64,000 nt of DNA, from the NCBI RefSeq assembly GCF_009914755.1, contig NC_060928.1; one strand, 5' to 3'. This DNA is from the human T2T-CHM13v2.0 reference genome, Homo sapiens. Under the pieces are notes generated by a model. The model had not been told where the DNA came from. It saw only the letters and a program-made list of their open reading frames with translations, and searched no databases. This document shows positions 1 to 12,875 of this stretch, piece after piece. Position numbers and translations under genes: made by a program. Every line of letters begins with the position of its first letter. Position 1 is the first letter of the stretch.

Positions 1-129
1 GTTTCATATCAGTTTCCCTGCTGAACTCTCTGAGCTCATCTCCCTTCGATTTTTTCCTTGCTGATTTCACTTTGGTCACCCAGATCTCTGCTGGTCCTTG
101 ATGGGCAGGACTTTCTGTTAGGGCTTTCA

Positions 130-450
130 CACTTGCACTTCCCAGAACACTCTACCCTAAGAATTTCTAAGGGATTTGCCATCCCCTCAGATCTCTGCTC
201 AAATATCATCTCATTAGATAGGTATTTCAAAACCATTACTCTTCTGCTCATTTTTTTTATACATTCTTACAGTGACTTAGCATATTGTACAAGCATTTTC
301 TATTGCTTATTTTCTCTCCTACCTTTCACCAACATTCCAGGTCCATGAAAGCACTTTGTTTTATTTATATCTATATTCCTAGAGCCTAGAGCTTTACCAG
401 TAGGTAATGAACACTTAGGTAATATTATTTTTTATATTTATCACATGAAT
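130..450 (+). mobile_element. L2 LINE 3' fragment (degraded)
   Basis: Motifs 'tctctgctcaaatatcatctc' and 'tattcctagagcctagagc' resemble the L2 3' end; boundaries approximate. Confidence 0.6.
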
Positions 451-1214
451 TAATGAGGATAACATGCCATGAATTGATGTATTAAAGCTTGTATTGCTAT
501 TAATTTCTCATGCACATATGTCTTGAAGTACTGTATATTGGTATGCTTTTATTTGTACAAACCCACACAACTTTAGATTCAAAAACAAAGCAAAGCAAAA
601 ACAATGCAGAACTGCTCACGTCTTTACTCATTATACTTTTTCAAAACATTCTAAACATAAGAAACAGCCATGTCAAGAGATGAATAGCACAAAATCTTAG
701 CTAAACTGAGAATACACATTTACTTCTTGTGTCTCCAATGTGTTAAAATGTGCTACAATATTCAAGTGCTTTAGCTTCTCTTGAAACTTTTAAAACATTG
801 TTCATATTTATAACATTTGATTCCAGTATTTGTGAAAACCCTTGAAGCATCGCTGTAGAACTGTAGATCTTCACAGAGCACAAGTAGAAAACCACTAAAG
901 AAGAGGAATCTAGATCTCAACAGAAGATGACTCTTATGTAACCAGACAGAAAAGGCAGAAAGCAGGCTATGGTAAAATCCATTTTTATTATAAAACTCTT
1001 AGCCAAGGGATCACTTTTATAAAGTGGGGCTGCCATAAAGCTAAAGGACTTCAGGAGACCTCTTCTGTCTTGAGGAGGGTCCAAATCTTAATCCCCACTC
1101 CTGGATAGAACTGCTTTCAAAATATTCACAACTCCAAAGGGATAAACATTAATTAGGTTTCAAAGTCAGACATCTGCAACTAACATTTGTACTTACAGCA
1201 TTTAAAAAATGTGC

Positions 1215-1430
1215 CGTAGTTCAATAGGTATGTACTGACTGTCTACCATGTGCAAAGAATTAGGAGGCACGGAAGGGGCTACAGAATAAATCAGCACTTT
1301 ATTCATTCAACAATTATTTTTTGAGCTGCCACTATGTACAAGATATTGCTCAAGACCAAACAATCAAAAAATTGCCAGCCTTATGGAGCTGGAGGAATTA
1401 AGAAAGATTCACTGAAGGAGAAAAAATTAA
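1215..1430 (-). mobile_element. L2 3' fragment(s)
   Basis: 'attcattcaacaattattttttgagctgccactatgtacaag' and 'gccttatggagct' are typical of the reverse-strand L2 tail. Confidence 0.55.
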
Positions 1431-1606
1431 AAGCATGGTACTTTAGGGGCATATATATATACTAAAGGTAATAATGTGAGCTAAGGAACACAAGTGAGGA
1501 CAAGCAGGGTAGTTTCTGAGAATGGCCCAGGTACTTTGTGTTAGTTAAATGTAGATAAGCAATAAGAGATACATATACAGAGATAGGTAGCATTCATATT
1601 CATATT

Positions 1607-2085
1607 TGTGATCATTAATTTTATGTGTCAACTTGACTGCATTAATGGATACCATGATAATTAGTAAAACATCAGTTCTTGGTGTGTCTGTGAATCTTTA
1701 AGGGTGTTTCTGAAAGAGATATGGACTGAGTAAGATTTGAATCAGTGAACTGAGTAAGGAAGATTTGCCCTCACCGATAAGGGAAGGCATCATCCAATCC
1801 ATTGAGGACCCACATACAACAAAAAAAGTAGAGGAAGGAAAGATAATGTCTCTCTTCTTGAGCTGGCTCATCTATCTTATCTTTCCTTTGAATATCAGAG
1901 ATCCTTGTTCTTGAGTCTTCTGATTCAGACTGAATTGGACCACCAACTTTTTCAGTTCCCTGCCTTACAGATGGCGTACTGTGAGCCTTGCAGATGGCAT
2001 ACTGTGAGCCAATTTCCCTAATAAATCTTTTATATCTATATAAATTCTATTGGTTCTTCTTCTATGGAGAATCCTTACTAATACG
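1607..2085 (+). mobile_element. MLT2-family (ERVL) solo LTR
   Basis: Starts 'tgtgatcattaattttatgtgtcaacttgact', ends 'ctatggagaatccttactaatacg'; perfect 5-bp TSD ATATT at 1602-1606 and 2086-2090. Confidence 0.9.
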
Positions 2086-5000
2086 ATATTGCAGAGAAAC
2101 TTAAATACCAAGTCAGAGGAATCTGTACCCAGTTTATTAGTCATGAAGAGCCAATGTAAGTTTTTGAATAGGCAAAGAGTTCTTAGTGGTCCGTACAAAA
2201 ATTAAGAGTGCACTCATATGTTGATATTATCTAAAAACATTAATTTACCTACATTTTGTTTCCATATCGAAATTCCTATAGTGAAATGAAATGTGTCTCT
2301 TCACAAGCTGTTAGAAAAAAAAAATGAAAAAAATAACTTTGATATCTATGGTTCCTTTAACAGTTTTTAAGTTTCTTCTCTCTCTCTTTCTTTTCCTCTC
2401 TTCCTTTTTTTCATGAAAGATTAATGCAAGCATAGAAAATTCAACGTTTTTATATGGAGAACTAGATCCTATACATGTTACTAGTTATGTGGTTGAGCTC
2501 CTTGACCTATTTATCATTTTGAAAGAAACTGAAATGACTCTGTCAGGTGTAGAATGTGCCCAGATCAACACAATGCTCAGCCCCTGTGCTGTGATGAAGA
2601 GCAATATATTTAAGCATCTAATATTTATATTCACTTCAACTTGTTTGTTCATTTTTCATTGTGAGTGCCCATAGAGATGAAAGAAATTAGTTTCATTATT
2701 GATGACTTCTAAATACAGACAAGCTTAGGGAGGAATGAAATCAGACAGTGTTTGGTATTCCAAACTGAATGCTACATCCAGGCAGTGCCTGTTAAAGAAG
2801 GCTAATTAAAATGGTGCTTTCAATGATGCACTTACAAATCACCTTCTTTAATCTGTCATTTACATACACATATGTACATCAAACTGTCCTTATTAAAGAG
2901 GTAACAGAAGAAAAATCAAATAGGTAATTTTGACTGATATCACCTTTGTCTTTTGCTTTCACAAACACATAAAAGGGTTGAACAGCAGATTTCTTTCAGG
3001 TGAAGGCCTGAAATCTTCACATATGACTCAGCTTGCTACTCTAATGTCTATTCATTAATCTGTAGTGCTTTCTTGGGAGATAAGAAGCTTCTAAATGAAA
3101 ATAATGAATGTTCTTCCTTCCGAGCATTTCCTCAGTAATTCATATTGTCCTGACATATATACAGAGTTCCTTCCCTGAGTTACCTTTGTGACCCCTGTTT
3201 AAGAGTGGAATAAAATGAGAAAAGGTTCAAGTTTAAAATATTCCTACAAGAAAATTAACTCTAAACACGTCTGTCAATACCTAATAAAAGAATAATTTAA
3301 TACAAAAGAATTCCTAGCAATGCTAATCAACTTCCTGAAAATCATCAGGGTAGGACAATCATTTGCCCTATATTATTATTCTGCCCTTTTTGCAACAGAG
3401 CCCCTAAAAGTAAATAATGTGACATTTTCTTCTCAAAAATAATCTTTTTGACCATTTCCATGAAATATACATTAAGTTGTTTTAAAAGTCACCACTAATA
3501 CCCTTGCCCTTTAGACCTCTGCTTGCAGAGATAATGAGTTAGAGTTTGCTGAACATTTCATCTCTGTTTCAGCCTCTTGCATGGTCATGGTATTGAATGA
3601 CCCATCCTGGTAAAACATACTGTTTTTCTTTATTCTCATTACAGATAGACAGTAAAATCTCATTAGCTAACTGACTCAAGAACCCTGTGTGGTCAATTGA
3701 AATATGACCTACCAATTGGGAAGCGTTGCCTCTTTTTTAAATCACTTTTAAGTTGTGAGGCAGACAAGGAGATCAAGGAAAATTCAGTTGCTCTTCATTC
3801 ATTTAGCCCTTAGTAAATAATGTCTCTAAAAAATAAGTCTAAATTCATTATACTACCTTCCTGAAAGTTTTCTAAAAGTGTTTCTAAAATGCAGTTAGAG
3901 GTAAGAGGGAGTAGATTCCTAAACTATTTATTATTTTTAGTTATAAATTTAGTTTATTGAAACAGTTATAGCTAAAAATACAAATTTCTTGCTTAACTAT
4001 TAGGAAATATAAAATCTAATATCACTTCTCTGGATACTGATTATGTTATTATATTGTGTATGTTAATTCAAATGATTTCATTTAATTAATATCAATCAGG
4101 ACAAATGAATGGATTTATTCATCCACACATTAGTTAGTGTCCCATGCTATATTGAACAGTGTTGATACAGACAAATGACATGTGGGGTCTACCTGTAAAT
4201 TGAAGACAAGAAAACAGCCAATACAGTCTATATATTTTTACTGATACAGAATATTTTACATATATATGGGCTACATGGGATATTTTGTTACATGAATAGA
4301 ATGTATAGTGATCAAATCATCATATTTGGGGTATTTATCACCTTGAATATTTATCCTTTCTATGTGTTGGGAATATTTCAGGTTTTCTCTTCTAGCTACT
4401 TTGAAATATATAAAATACATTGCTGCTAACTATAGTCACCTTACTCTGCTACTGAATATTAGAACTTACAACTTCTATCTAACTGAATGTTTGAATTCAT
4501 TAACCCACCTCTCTGTGTCCCCCAGTTTCACCCACACATCCTTCCCAGCTGTTGGTTTCTATCATTCTCTTCTCTACCTCCACGTGATCTACTTTGTTAG
4601 CTCTCACATATGAGTGAATGCATGCAAAATTTGTCCTTCAGTGCCCATCTTATTTCACCAAACATAATGACCTCCAGTTTCATCCATGTTGCTACAAATC
4701 ACAGGATTTCATTCTTTTTTATGGCCAAATAGAATTCCATTGTGTATATATAGCACATTTATTTATTCATTTACCTGTCAATGGACAATTAGGCTGATTT
4801 CATATCTTGGCTGTTGTATATAGTGCTGCAATAAACATGGGGGTGCAGATATCTCTTTGGTATCATGATTTCCTTTCCTTTGGATAAATACCTATTAGAG
4901 GGATTTCTGGATTGTACTGTAGTTCTATTTTTAGTTTTCTGAGAAATCTCCTACTGTTTTCCATAAAGATTATATTACTTTACATTCCACCAATGGTATA

Positions 5001-5211
5001 TAAAAGTTCCCTTTTTCTCACATCCTTGCCAGTGTCTGTTATTTTCTTTCTTTTTGATGATAGCCATTTTAACTGGGGTGAAGTGATATATCTTTGGGGT
5101 TTTGACTTGCATTTCCCTGATGATTAATGATGTTGAGTATTTTTAAAAATATCTCTTGACCATGTGTATGTATTTTTTGAGGCATGTTCTTTGCCGTTAA
5201 TGAGATTATTA

Positions 5212-5523
5212 ATTATTATTATTATTATTATTATTATTTTGAGACAGAGTTTCGCTCCTGTTGCCCAGGCTGGAGTGCAATGGTGTGAACTAGGCTCACT
5301 GTAACCTCTGCCTCCCGGCTTCAAGTGATTCTCCTGCCTCAGCCTCCTGAATAGCTGGGATTACAGGCACCCACCACCACGCCCGGCTAATTTTTGTATT
5401 TTTAGTAGAGACAGGTTTTCGCCCTTTCGGCCAGGCTGGTCTCGAACTCCTGACCTCAGGTGATCCACCCGCCTCAGCTTCCCAAAGTGCTAGAATTACA
5501 GGTATGAGCCACCGAACCAGGCC
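5212..5523 (-). mobile_element. AluS (Sq/Sp-like) nested in L1MA; tail converted to (AAT)n
   Basis: 'gagtttcgctcctgttgcccaggctggagtgcaatgg'; TSD GAGATTATTA at 5202-5211 and 5525-5534. Confidence 0.95.
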
Positions 5524-6999
5524 AGAGATTATTATTATTATTTTTATTATTCAGTTGTTTGAGTTCCTTGTGTATTTCTACATATTAGACTCTTGTTGGA
5601 TGAATAGTTTACAAATAATTTCTCCCATTGAAAAGGTTGTCTTTTCACTGTGGTTGATGGTTTCCTTTGGTATGCAGAAACTGTTTTGTTTAATATAGTT
5701 CCATTTGTCCACTTTTGTTTTTGTTACTTGAGCTTTTGAAGTCTTTGTCATAAAATCTTTGCCTAGACAAATGCTTTAGAGTGTTTTCTGTACATTTCCT
5801 TCTAGTAGTACTACAGTTTCAGATCTTAAATGTTAAGACTGTAGTCCTCTTTGAGTTGATTCTTTTTATATGGAGAGATACACGAGTTTAGTTGTATTCT
5901 TTTGCATATGGCAATTCAATTTTTTCAGCGCTATTTATTGAAGAATTTACTCTTCCTCCAATGTACATTCTTGATATCTGTGTCAAAAATCAATTGGCTA
6001 CAAAAAGGTGGATTTATTTCTGGGTTTTCTGTTCTGTACCATTGGTCTATGTTTCTGTTTTTACAACAATACCATGCTCGTTTGGTTGATATAACATGTA
6101 ATACATTTTGAAGTGAGGTAGTGTGATGCCTCCAGCTTTGTTCTTTTTGCTCAAGATTTCTTGGGCTATGTGGGCTCCTTTTATGTTCTATATGAATTTT
6201 AGGATTTTTTTATATTACTGTGAAAATGTCATTGGTAGTTTGATAGGGACTGCATTGAATTTTCAGGTTGCTTTGGATAGTATGGTCATTTCAACAAAAT
6301 TAATTTTTCCAATCCATGGGCTTGGGATGTTTTTTCATTTGTTTGTGTCCTCTTCAGTTTCTTTTGTCAATGTTTTACAGTTTTCCTTCAGAGGTCTTTC
6401 AACTCGTTGGCTAAATTTATTCATAGGTGTCTTATTTGTTTTGTAGCTATTGTAAATGAAATGAAATTGCTTTCTTGATGTTTTTCAGTTAGCTTATTAT
6501 TGGCATATAGCAACACTTGATATTTGTATGTGGATTTTGTATCCTGAAACTTTACCAGATTTGTTTATCATATCTAAAAGAATTTTTGATGGCATCTTCA
6601 GGTTTTTCTAGACTTAAGATCACGTATTCTGCAAAGAGGGAGAATTTTACTTCCTCTTTTCTAATTTGGATGGCTTTCCACTTGCCTTTCCGTTTCACTT
6701 GCCTGATTTGCCCTGACTAGGACTTTCAGTACTATGTTGAATAGGAGTGATTAAAGTGGGCATCCTTGTCTTGTTCTATATTTTAGAGGAAAGGCTTTCA
6801 GATATTCCCCTTTCAGTATGATGTTAGCTGTGAGTTGTCATATATGGCCTTCATTACATTGAAGTATATTCATTCTATGGATCATTTTTTGAAAGTTTTT
6901 TTTTTATCAAGAAGTGATACTGAATTTTATCAAATGCTTGTCTGCATCTATGAGGTAATTGTGTGGTTTTTGTCCTTCATTCTGCTAATGGAATATATC

Positions 7000-7082
7000 A
7001 CACTTATTGATTTGTGTATGCTGAGCCATCTTTGCATCCTTGCATACACTTATTGATTTGTGTATGCTGAGCCATCCTTGCA
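7000..7082. repeat. Tandem duplication, 37-bp core with 46-bp period
   Basis: acacttattgatttgtgtatgctgagccatc(t/c)ttgca at 7000-7036 and 7046-7082. Confidence 0.9.
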
Positions 7083-8394
7083 ATAATAATAAAATAAGAA
7101 TAAATCCCACTTGACCATGGTATGTTATCTTTTTGATATGCTGTTGGGTTCTGTTTGCTAGTATTTTATTGAGGACTTTTGTGTCTATATTTTTCAGAAA
7201 TACTAGCCTACAGTTTTCTTTTTTGTTGCATCTTTTCTGGTTTTGGTATCAGGATAATGCTGGCCTCGTAGAATGAGTTAGGAAGAATTTCCTCCTCTTC
7301 AATTTTTTGATAGAGTTTGAGAATTGATGTTAGTTCCTCTGTATATGTTTGGTAGTACTTGACAGTGAAGCCATCTGATCATGAGCTTTTCTTTATTGGA
7401 AGATTTTTTTATTACTGATTAAATCTTATTACTCATTATTGGTCTGTTCAGGTTTTCTATTCATCTTGATTCAATGTTGGTAAGATTTATGTGTCCAGAA
7501 ATTTATCTATTTCCTCAATGTTTTCCAGTATGTTAGTGTGAATTTGTTCATAATAATCTCTGCCTATCTTTTGTATTTCTGAGTTATTTGTTCTGATGTG
7601 TCCATTTTTCTTACTGATTTTATTTGAGTCCTCTCTTTTCTTCCTGGTTAGTCTGGATAGCAGCTGATTAATTTTATCTTTTAAAAAACTGATTTTCTGT
7701 TGATTCTCTATATAGTTGTATTAGTCCTTATTTCCTTTAGTTCTGCTCTGATTTTTATGATTTCTTTCCTTCTACTAATTTTCGCTCTGATTTGTTTTTG
7801 CTATTCTAGTTCCTAGAGTTGAATCATTAGGTTGTTTTATTTAAAATCCTTTGCTTTTATGACATAGACATTTTTTGCTATAAACTTCCCTCTTAGCACT
7901 GTTTTTCCTGTATCCCATAGGTTTTGGTAGGTTTGTTTGCATTTTCGTTTGTTTCAATTTTTTTTTTATTTTCTTCTTACTTTTTAAATTGAGCTAATGG
8001 TCTTTCAGGAGCATGTTGTTTAAGATCCAGGTATTTGTACAACTATCAAACTTCTTATTGATTTCTTGGTTTATTCCATTGTGGTCTGAGATGATACTTT
8101 ATATGATTTTGGTTTTTGAAAATGCATTGGGACTTCTTTTGTGGCCTAACATATGGTGGATCCTGGAGAAAGTTCTATGTGCTGATGAGAAGAATGTGTA
8201 TTCTTCAGTTTTTAAATAAAATGTTCTGTAAATACCTGTTAAGGTTATTTAGTCTAAAGTACCACTTAAATCCTGTGTTTCTTTGTTGATTTTCTGTCTA
8301 GAAGATCTGTCTAATGCTGAGAGTGGGGTGCCAAAATCCTCAATTATTATTGTATTAGAGTCTATCTCTTCCTTTAGATCTAATAATATTTGCT

Positions 8395-8610
8395 CTATGT
8401 ATCTGGGTGCTCTGGTGTTGGGTGCTCCTTTATATCCTCTTGCTGGATTGATCCCTTTATCATTATATAATAACCTTCTTTGTCCCTGTTTATAGTTTTT
8501 GACTTAAAGTCTGTTTCATTTGATGCAAGTATAGCTATTCCTGCCTGTTTTTGGTTTTCATTTGCGTGGAATATCTTTTTACAACCCTTTATTTTCAGTC
8601 TATATGACAC
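8395..8610 (-). pseudogene. L1 ORF2p endonuclease N-terminal remnant
   Basis: Translation 'RLKIKGCKKIFHANENQKQAGIAIL...DKEGYYIMIKGSIQQEDI' matches the L1 APE domain. Confidence 0.9.
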
Positions 8611-8969
8611 ATCACAGGTGAAGTAAGTTTGCTATAAGTAGTATAGAGTTGGGTAAGGTGTTTTTTCCATTCATCCAGCCTATATCTTTTAAATGGATAA
8701 TTTAATCCATTTACATTCAGCATTATTATTGATATGTAAGTTTTTATTTCTGTCATTTTGCTAATTGTTTTCTGATTGTTTTTTATATCCTTTATTCTTT
8801 TCTTCTCTTTTCATTGTTTATCATTGCAGCTTGGTGTTTTTTGTAGTGATGACAACAACAATAACAACAAAAAAAAAAACAGGCTTTTCTGTTCCTCATA
8901 TGTGTATTTTTCTTTCAAAAGTCTAATAATTGAATTTTAGATTTTTGTCTATTTTTATGACAGTGGATA

Positions 8970-9161
8970 TTATCCTCTCACTTCCAGGCATAGGTCTTCC
9001 TTAAACATTTCTTGTAGAGCTGATCTAGTGGTAATGAATTGACTCCGTTTTTGCCTGTCTGGACAAGATTTTATTTCTCCTTCATTTTTGAAGGATAAGT
9101 TTATTGGGTGTAGTATTCTTGACTGGCAGGGTTTTGTTTGATTGTTTTCCTCTTTCATCAC
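8970..9161 (-). pseudogene. L1 ORF1p C-terminal remnant
   Basis: Translation 'CQSRILHPINLSFKNEGEIKSCPDRQK..FITTRSALQEMFKE' matches the ORF1p CTD. Confidence 0.88.
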
Positions 9162-12100
9162 TTTGAATATATCATCCTATTCTCTCTTGGCCAGTAAGGA
9201 TTCTGCTGAGCAATCCATTGTTATTCTGATGGGATTTCACTTATATGTGACTTGATTCTTTTCTCTTGCTGTTTTTAGAATTCTCCCTTTTTCTTTGACT
9301 ATTGACAGATTGACTACAATGTGTCTTGAATAAAACGTTTTTAGGTTGCATGTGTTTGGGAATCTTTGAGCTTCCTGTATTTGGATATTTAAATGTCTTA
9401 TTAGACTTTGGGAAGTTTTCAGCTATTATTTCCTTAAATCAATTTCTATACCTTTACTCCATTCTTTTCCTCTGGAACACCCATTATTAGAAAATTCTGT
9501 CACTATGTGGCATTCCATATGTCAAGTAGGCTTTTCTAATTATGTTTTATTTTTTATTTTTTGTATTTACTGGGTTATTTCTATGACCCATCTTCAATTT
9601 TTGAAACAGTTTCTTCTTGATCTGTTGAATCCTTCAATTGTATTTATTATTTCATTCATTGATTTTTTTTATTTGTAGGATTTCTGGGGTTTTTTAAAAT
9701 AATATTTATCTTTTTGGTGTACTTCTCATTTTTATCCTAAATTGTTTTTCTGATTTATTTGTATTGTTTACTTGTGTTCTCTTGTGTCTTACTGACCTTC
9801 TTTAACATTATTATTTTAAATTCTTTTCCAGACATTTCATAATTTTTTTTCATTGGAATCGTTGCTAGAGAATTATTGTGCTCCATTGAAGGTGTCATGT
9901 TTCCTTAATTTTTTGTGCTTCTTGTGTCCTTATGTTGATACCTGTGCATCTGGTATAACAGTCACTTTTCCAATTTTTTGGATTGGCTTTCATAGTGGAA
10001 GACTTTTTCCTGTAGATATGCCTATGGCGTTTGTTTGGTAAGGCACTTTAGCTTTGATTCTGTGTGCATGCAGTAATGCAGTCTTTGAAGCATTTCTTCA
10101 GCTGTAAACAGCATCACTCATGTTTGTGATTTCTTCAGTGGCTTAGGTTGAAGTTGTCAGTGGAGGCTGTGTTGATGATTTTCTGGGGATGAGGATGTCA
10201 GGTTGCCAGTCCTTGGCTTCAATTGTTATAGTAGTGGGCTGTGTGTGCTTCTCCTGGACCCCTAAGTGACATATGCATGCACTGATATTAACAGGTTCAA
10301 GTGGGTTATTGGTTTGTTCCTTAGGCCTTCATACAACTTGCTTAAGTGACAGCAGTGACAGCAGTGAACTTCGCATGGAGGTGTGTCCCTGGATCATTGG
10401 GCAGCATGTATGGCATGCATGATGGCAGTGGCTGTGGCAGAACAACCCTCAGGCTAACAGGTGGCACAAAGTGGTATTAGCCTTGGCAGCAACAGACTCA
10501 GAGGGCCAGTCCCCAGGCCCCCAAGTGGTGTGTGTGTGGAGGGGGTTCCAGCAATGGTGGTGGCAGCATGCTGGGCAGGTCCATCTTCAGGTCCCCAGGA
10601 GGAGTGTATGGGTGCTGGTGGTGGTGGATAGGGCAGGGCAATACCCAGGCTTCTGGATGGCATGCTCAGCAATGGCAGTCGTTCTGAGCATACCGTTAGC
10701 TTTCTAAATGTGTGCATGCATGCCCAGGGCAACTGATAGAGGGATAGAGGTGAATCCCCAGGCTCCAGATAGAGTGCTGGAACTGCAGGGGTACAATGCC
10801 AGGCTGGGTGCATCTATCCTTAAGCCCCATGACGGTGTACACAGGTGCAGGCTGTGGTGGGCTAAGCAGGGAAACCCCCAGGCCTATGGATGGTGTGCTT
10901 GGGCACTAATTGTTGCAGGTATTCTGGTCCTGTTATTAGGGCTCCCGGCAGTGCATAGGCATACCCAAGGTGACTGACAAGGCCCCCTGGGTGGTGTGCT
11001 CAGGCACTGGGAGAAGTGGCTCCTGGTAGTTGGTCCTCAGGGCTACATAGGTAAAAGCTGTGAATGGGGTTGGAGGGTGAGCCAATTCTGAAGTTCCTGG
11101 GTAGTGTGCTTGGGTAGTTGTGGCTGCAGCGGCAGTTGGCAGGGAGAACCCATCATCAGGGCATGTGTAAGTGCACTGTGGCTGTGCTGCTGAGGGGAGC
11201 CTGGATGCTATCAGTAAGAGCAGCTTTAGGCGGAGGGCACTCAGATGCTAGGGAGCATATACTTTGGCTCCCTTTGTCCTGAGAGCAGCCTCCCCAGTGT
11301 GCTACATCATTCATTTTCCAAAGTATAGGATAGTGTGTGGGCTAGAGTGCTGGAGATCTGCCTGCACTATGGGTCCAACAAGTGTCATGCCACTACATCC
11401 CTCTGGATGGATGTAGGAGATGTTGCTAGGTCTCCAGGGATGTGGAAATGCTGAGACTGTTGGAACCCGGGGCCTAATACTGTCTGATGGGGGTTGGGAT
11501 CTCAAAATGGTGCCATGCTACTACTGCTTGGGTTTCAGGAATTGTGTGAGATGTGAGACCCCAGTGTGAACTTCATCTCTGGAGCACTGCCTTTGCATAG
11601 ACTCCAGGTAGCTCCTTTTACTAGTCTCAGAGTCTACAGGGATAGAGGAGCTCTCCTGTGATAAGGATTGCAGGAATCCATGGTATGAATATGGATTGCT
11701 GGGGACCTCTCATTTACTCTTTCCCAATACTAAGGAGCCTTTGCAGGCTCACAGCCGATCCCGGCTGGGCTGGCTATCTTGCTTCCTTCTTCCACGCCTC
11801 AGGTGTTTTCTGTCATTTCTTTGTTGCATTCTAGTGATCTCTGTTAGATACTCTATTTAAAGTGTGATTATCCACTCCCTGTTTTGATTCTTCCTTGTGG
11901 AGGAGGCAAGTGTCACATGCCTCTAGTAATTCATGATGAAGGCCCCCTTCAAAAAGTTTTTAAAATAAAAATCAGCAATTTCTCCACTCCAAAAAAGTCA
12001 CCATCCATATATGATGCAAATAAAAATGACTTCAGGGTTTTGTGTAGTTGACATTAGGTAGGAAAAGTTATTCTATTTGACACGCATCCAAGGAATGCTC

Positions 12101-12279
12101 TCATTTTAATGGCTCAGTTATTGTGACATTCAATAACTAGAGTGGAAAACATAATCCCAGGATATTACTTGCATAAAAGAAGAGTTCAGTACATTGGCAT
12201 TATCAGTCCTGCCCACAGGTGTCAGCCACTTACCACATGCATGTCTGCATGCACAGGTTTACTTTTGGCTCATGTTCAT

Positions 12280-12510
12280 GTCTATCACTTCTTCCTCCTG
12301 TGATCTGCCTAAAATGTAATGTTCAACATGTCCTATATCTCTCAAGATGCTTGTTACTCTTTGAAATTTAGTTCACCTACAACTTCAATCTTACAAAATC
12401 TCTAGAGGGGTAAAGTTATAATTATGCAATTCGTATGGCTTTTTTTGGTGGTGGGGAAGCAATATCTTTCTCTTAATGGCTTTCTAAGTAAAAGTGGAAC
12501 TCAAGTTTAT
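12280..12510 (-). mobile_element. Possible old L1M 5'-end fragment
   Basis: 'aaagttataattatgcaattcgtatggctttttttggtggtggggaagcaatatctttc' resembles the antisense 5' end of old L1M elements. Confidence 0.4.
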
Positions 12511-12529
12511 TTTTCATATTGAAAACTTA

Positions 12530-12875
<346 letters not shown>

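Larger units (their letters stand above)
4231..11948 (-). mobile_element. Near full-length degraded LINE-1, L1MA-type, interrupted by an Alu
   Basis: L1MA-like 3'UTR at 4.2-4.7 kb, continuous antisense ORF2 homology to ~8.6 kb, ORF1 remnant at ~9.0-9.8 kb, GC-rich 5'UTR at 10.1-11.9 kb ending near 'cctctagtaattcatgatgaaggccccc'. Confidence 0.88.

Noticed and set aside
10454-10977. Cluster of GC-rich ORFs suggesting an exon or CpG island
   Set aside because: Lies in the L1MA 5'UTR, is CpG-depleted and shows no recognisable protein
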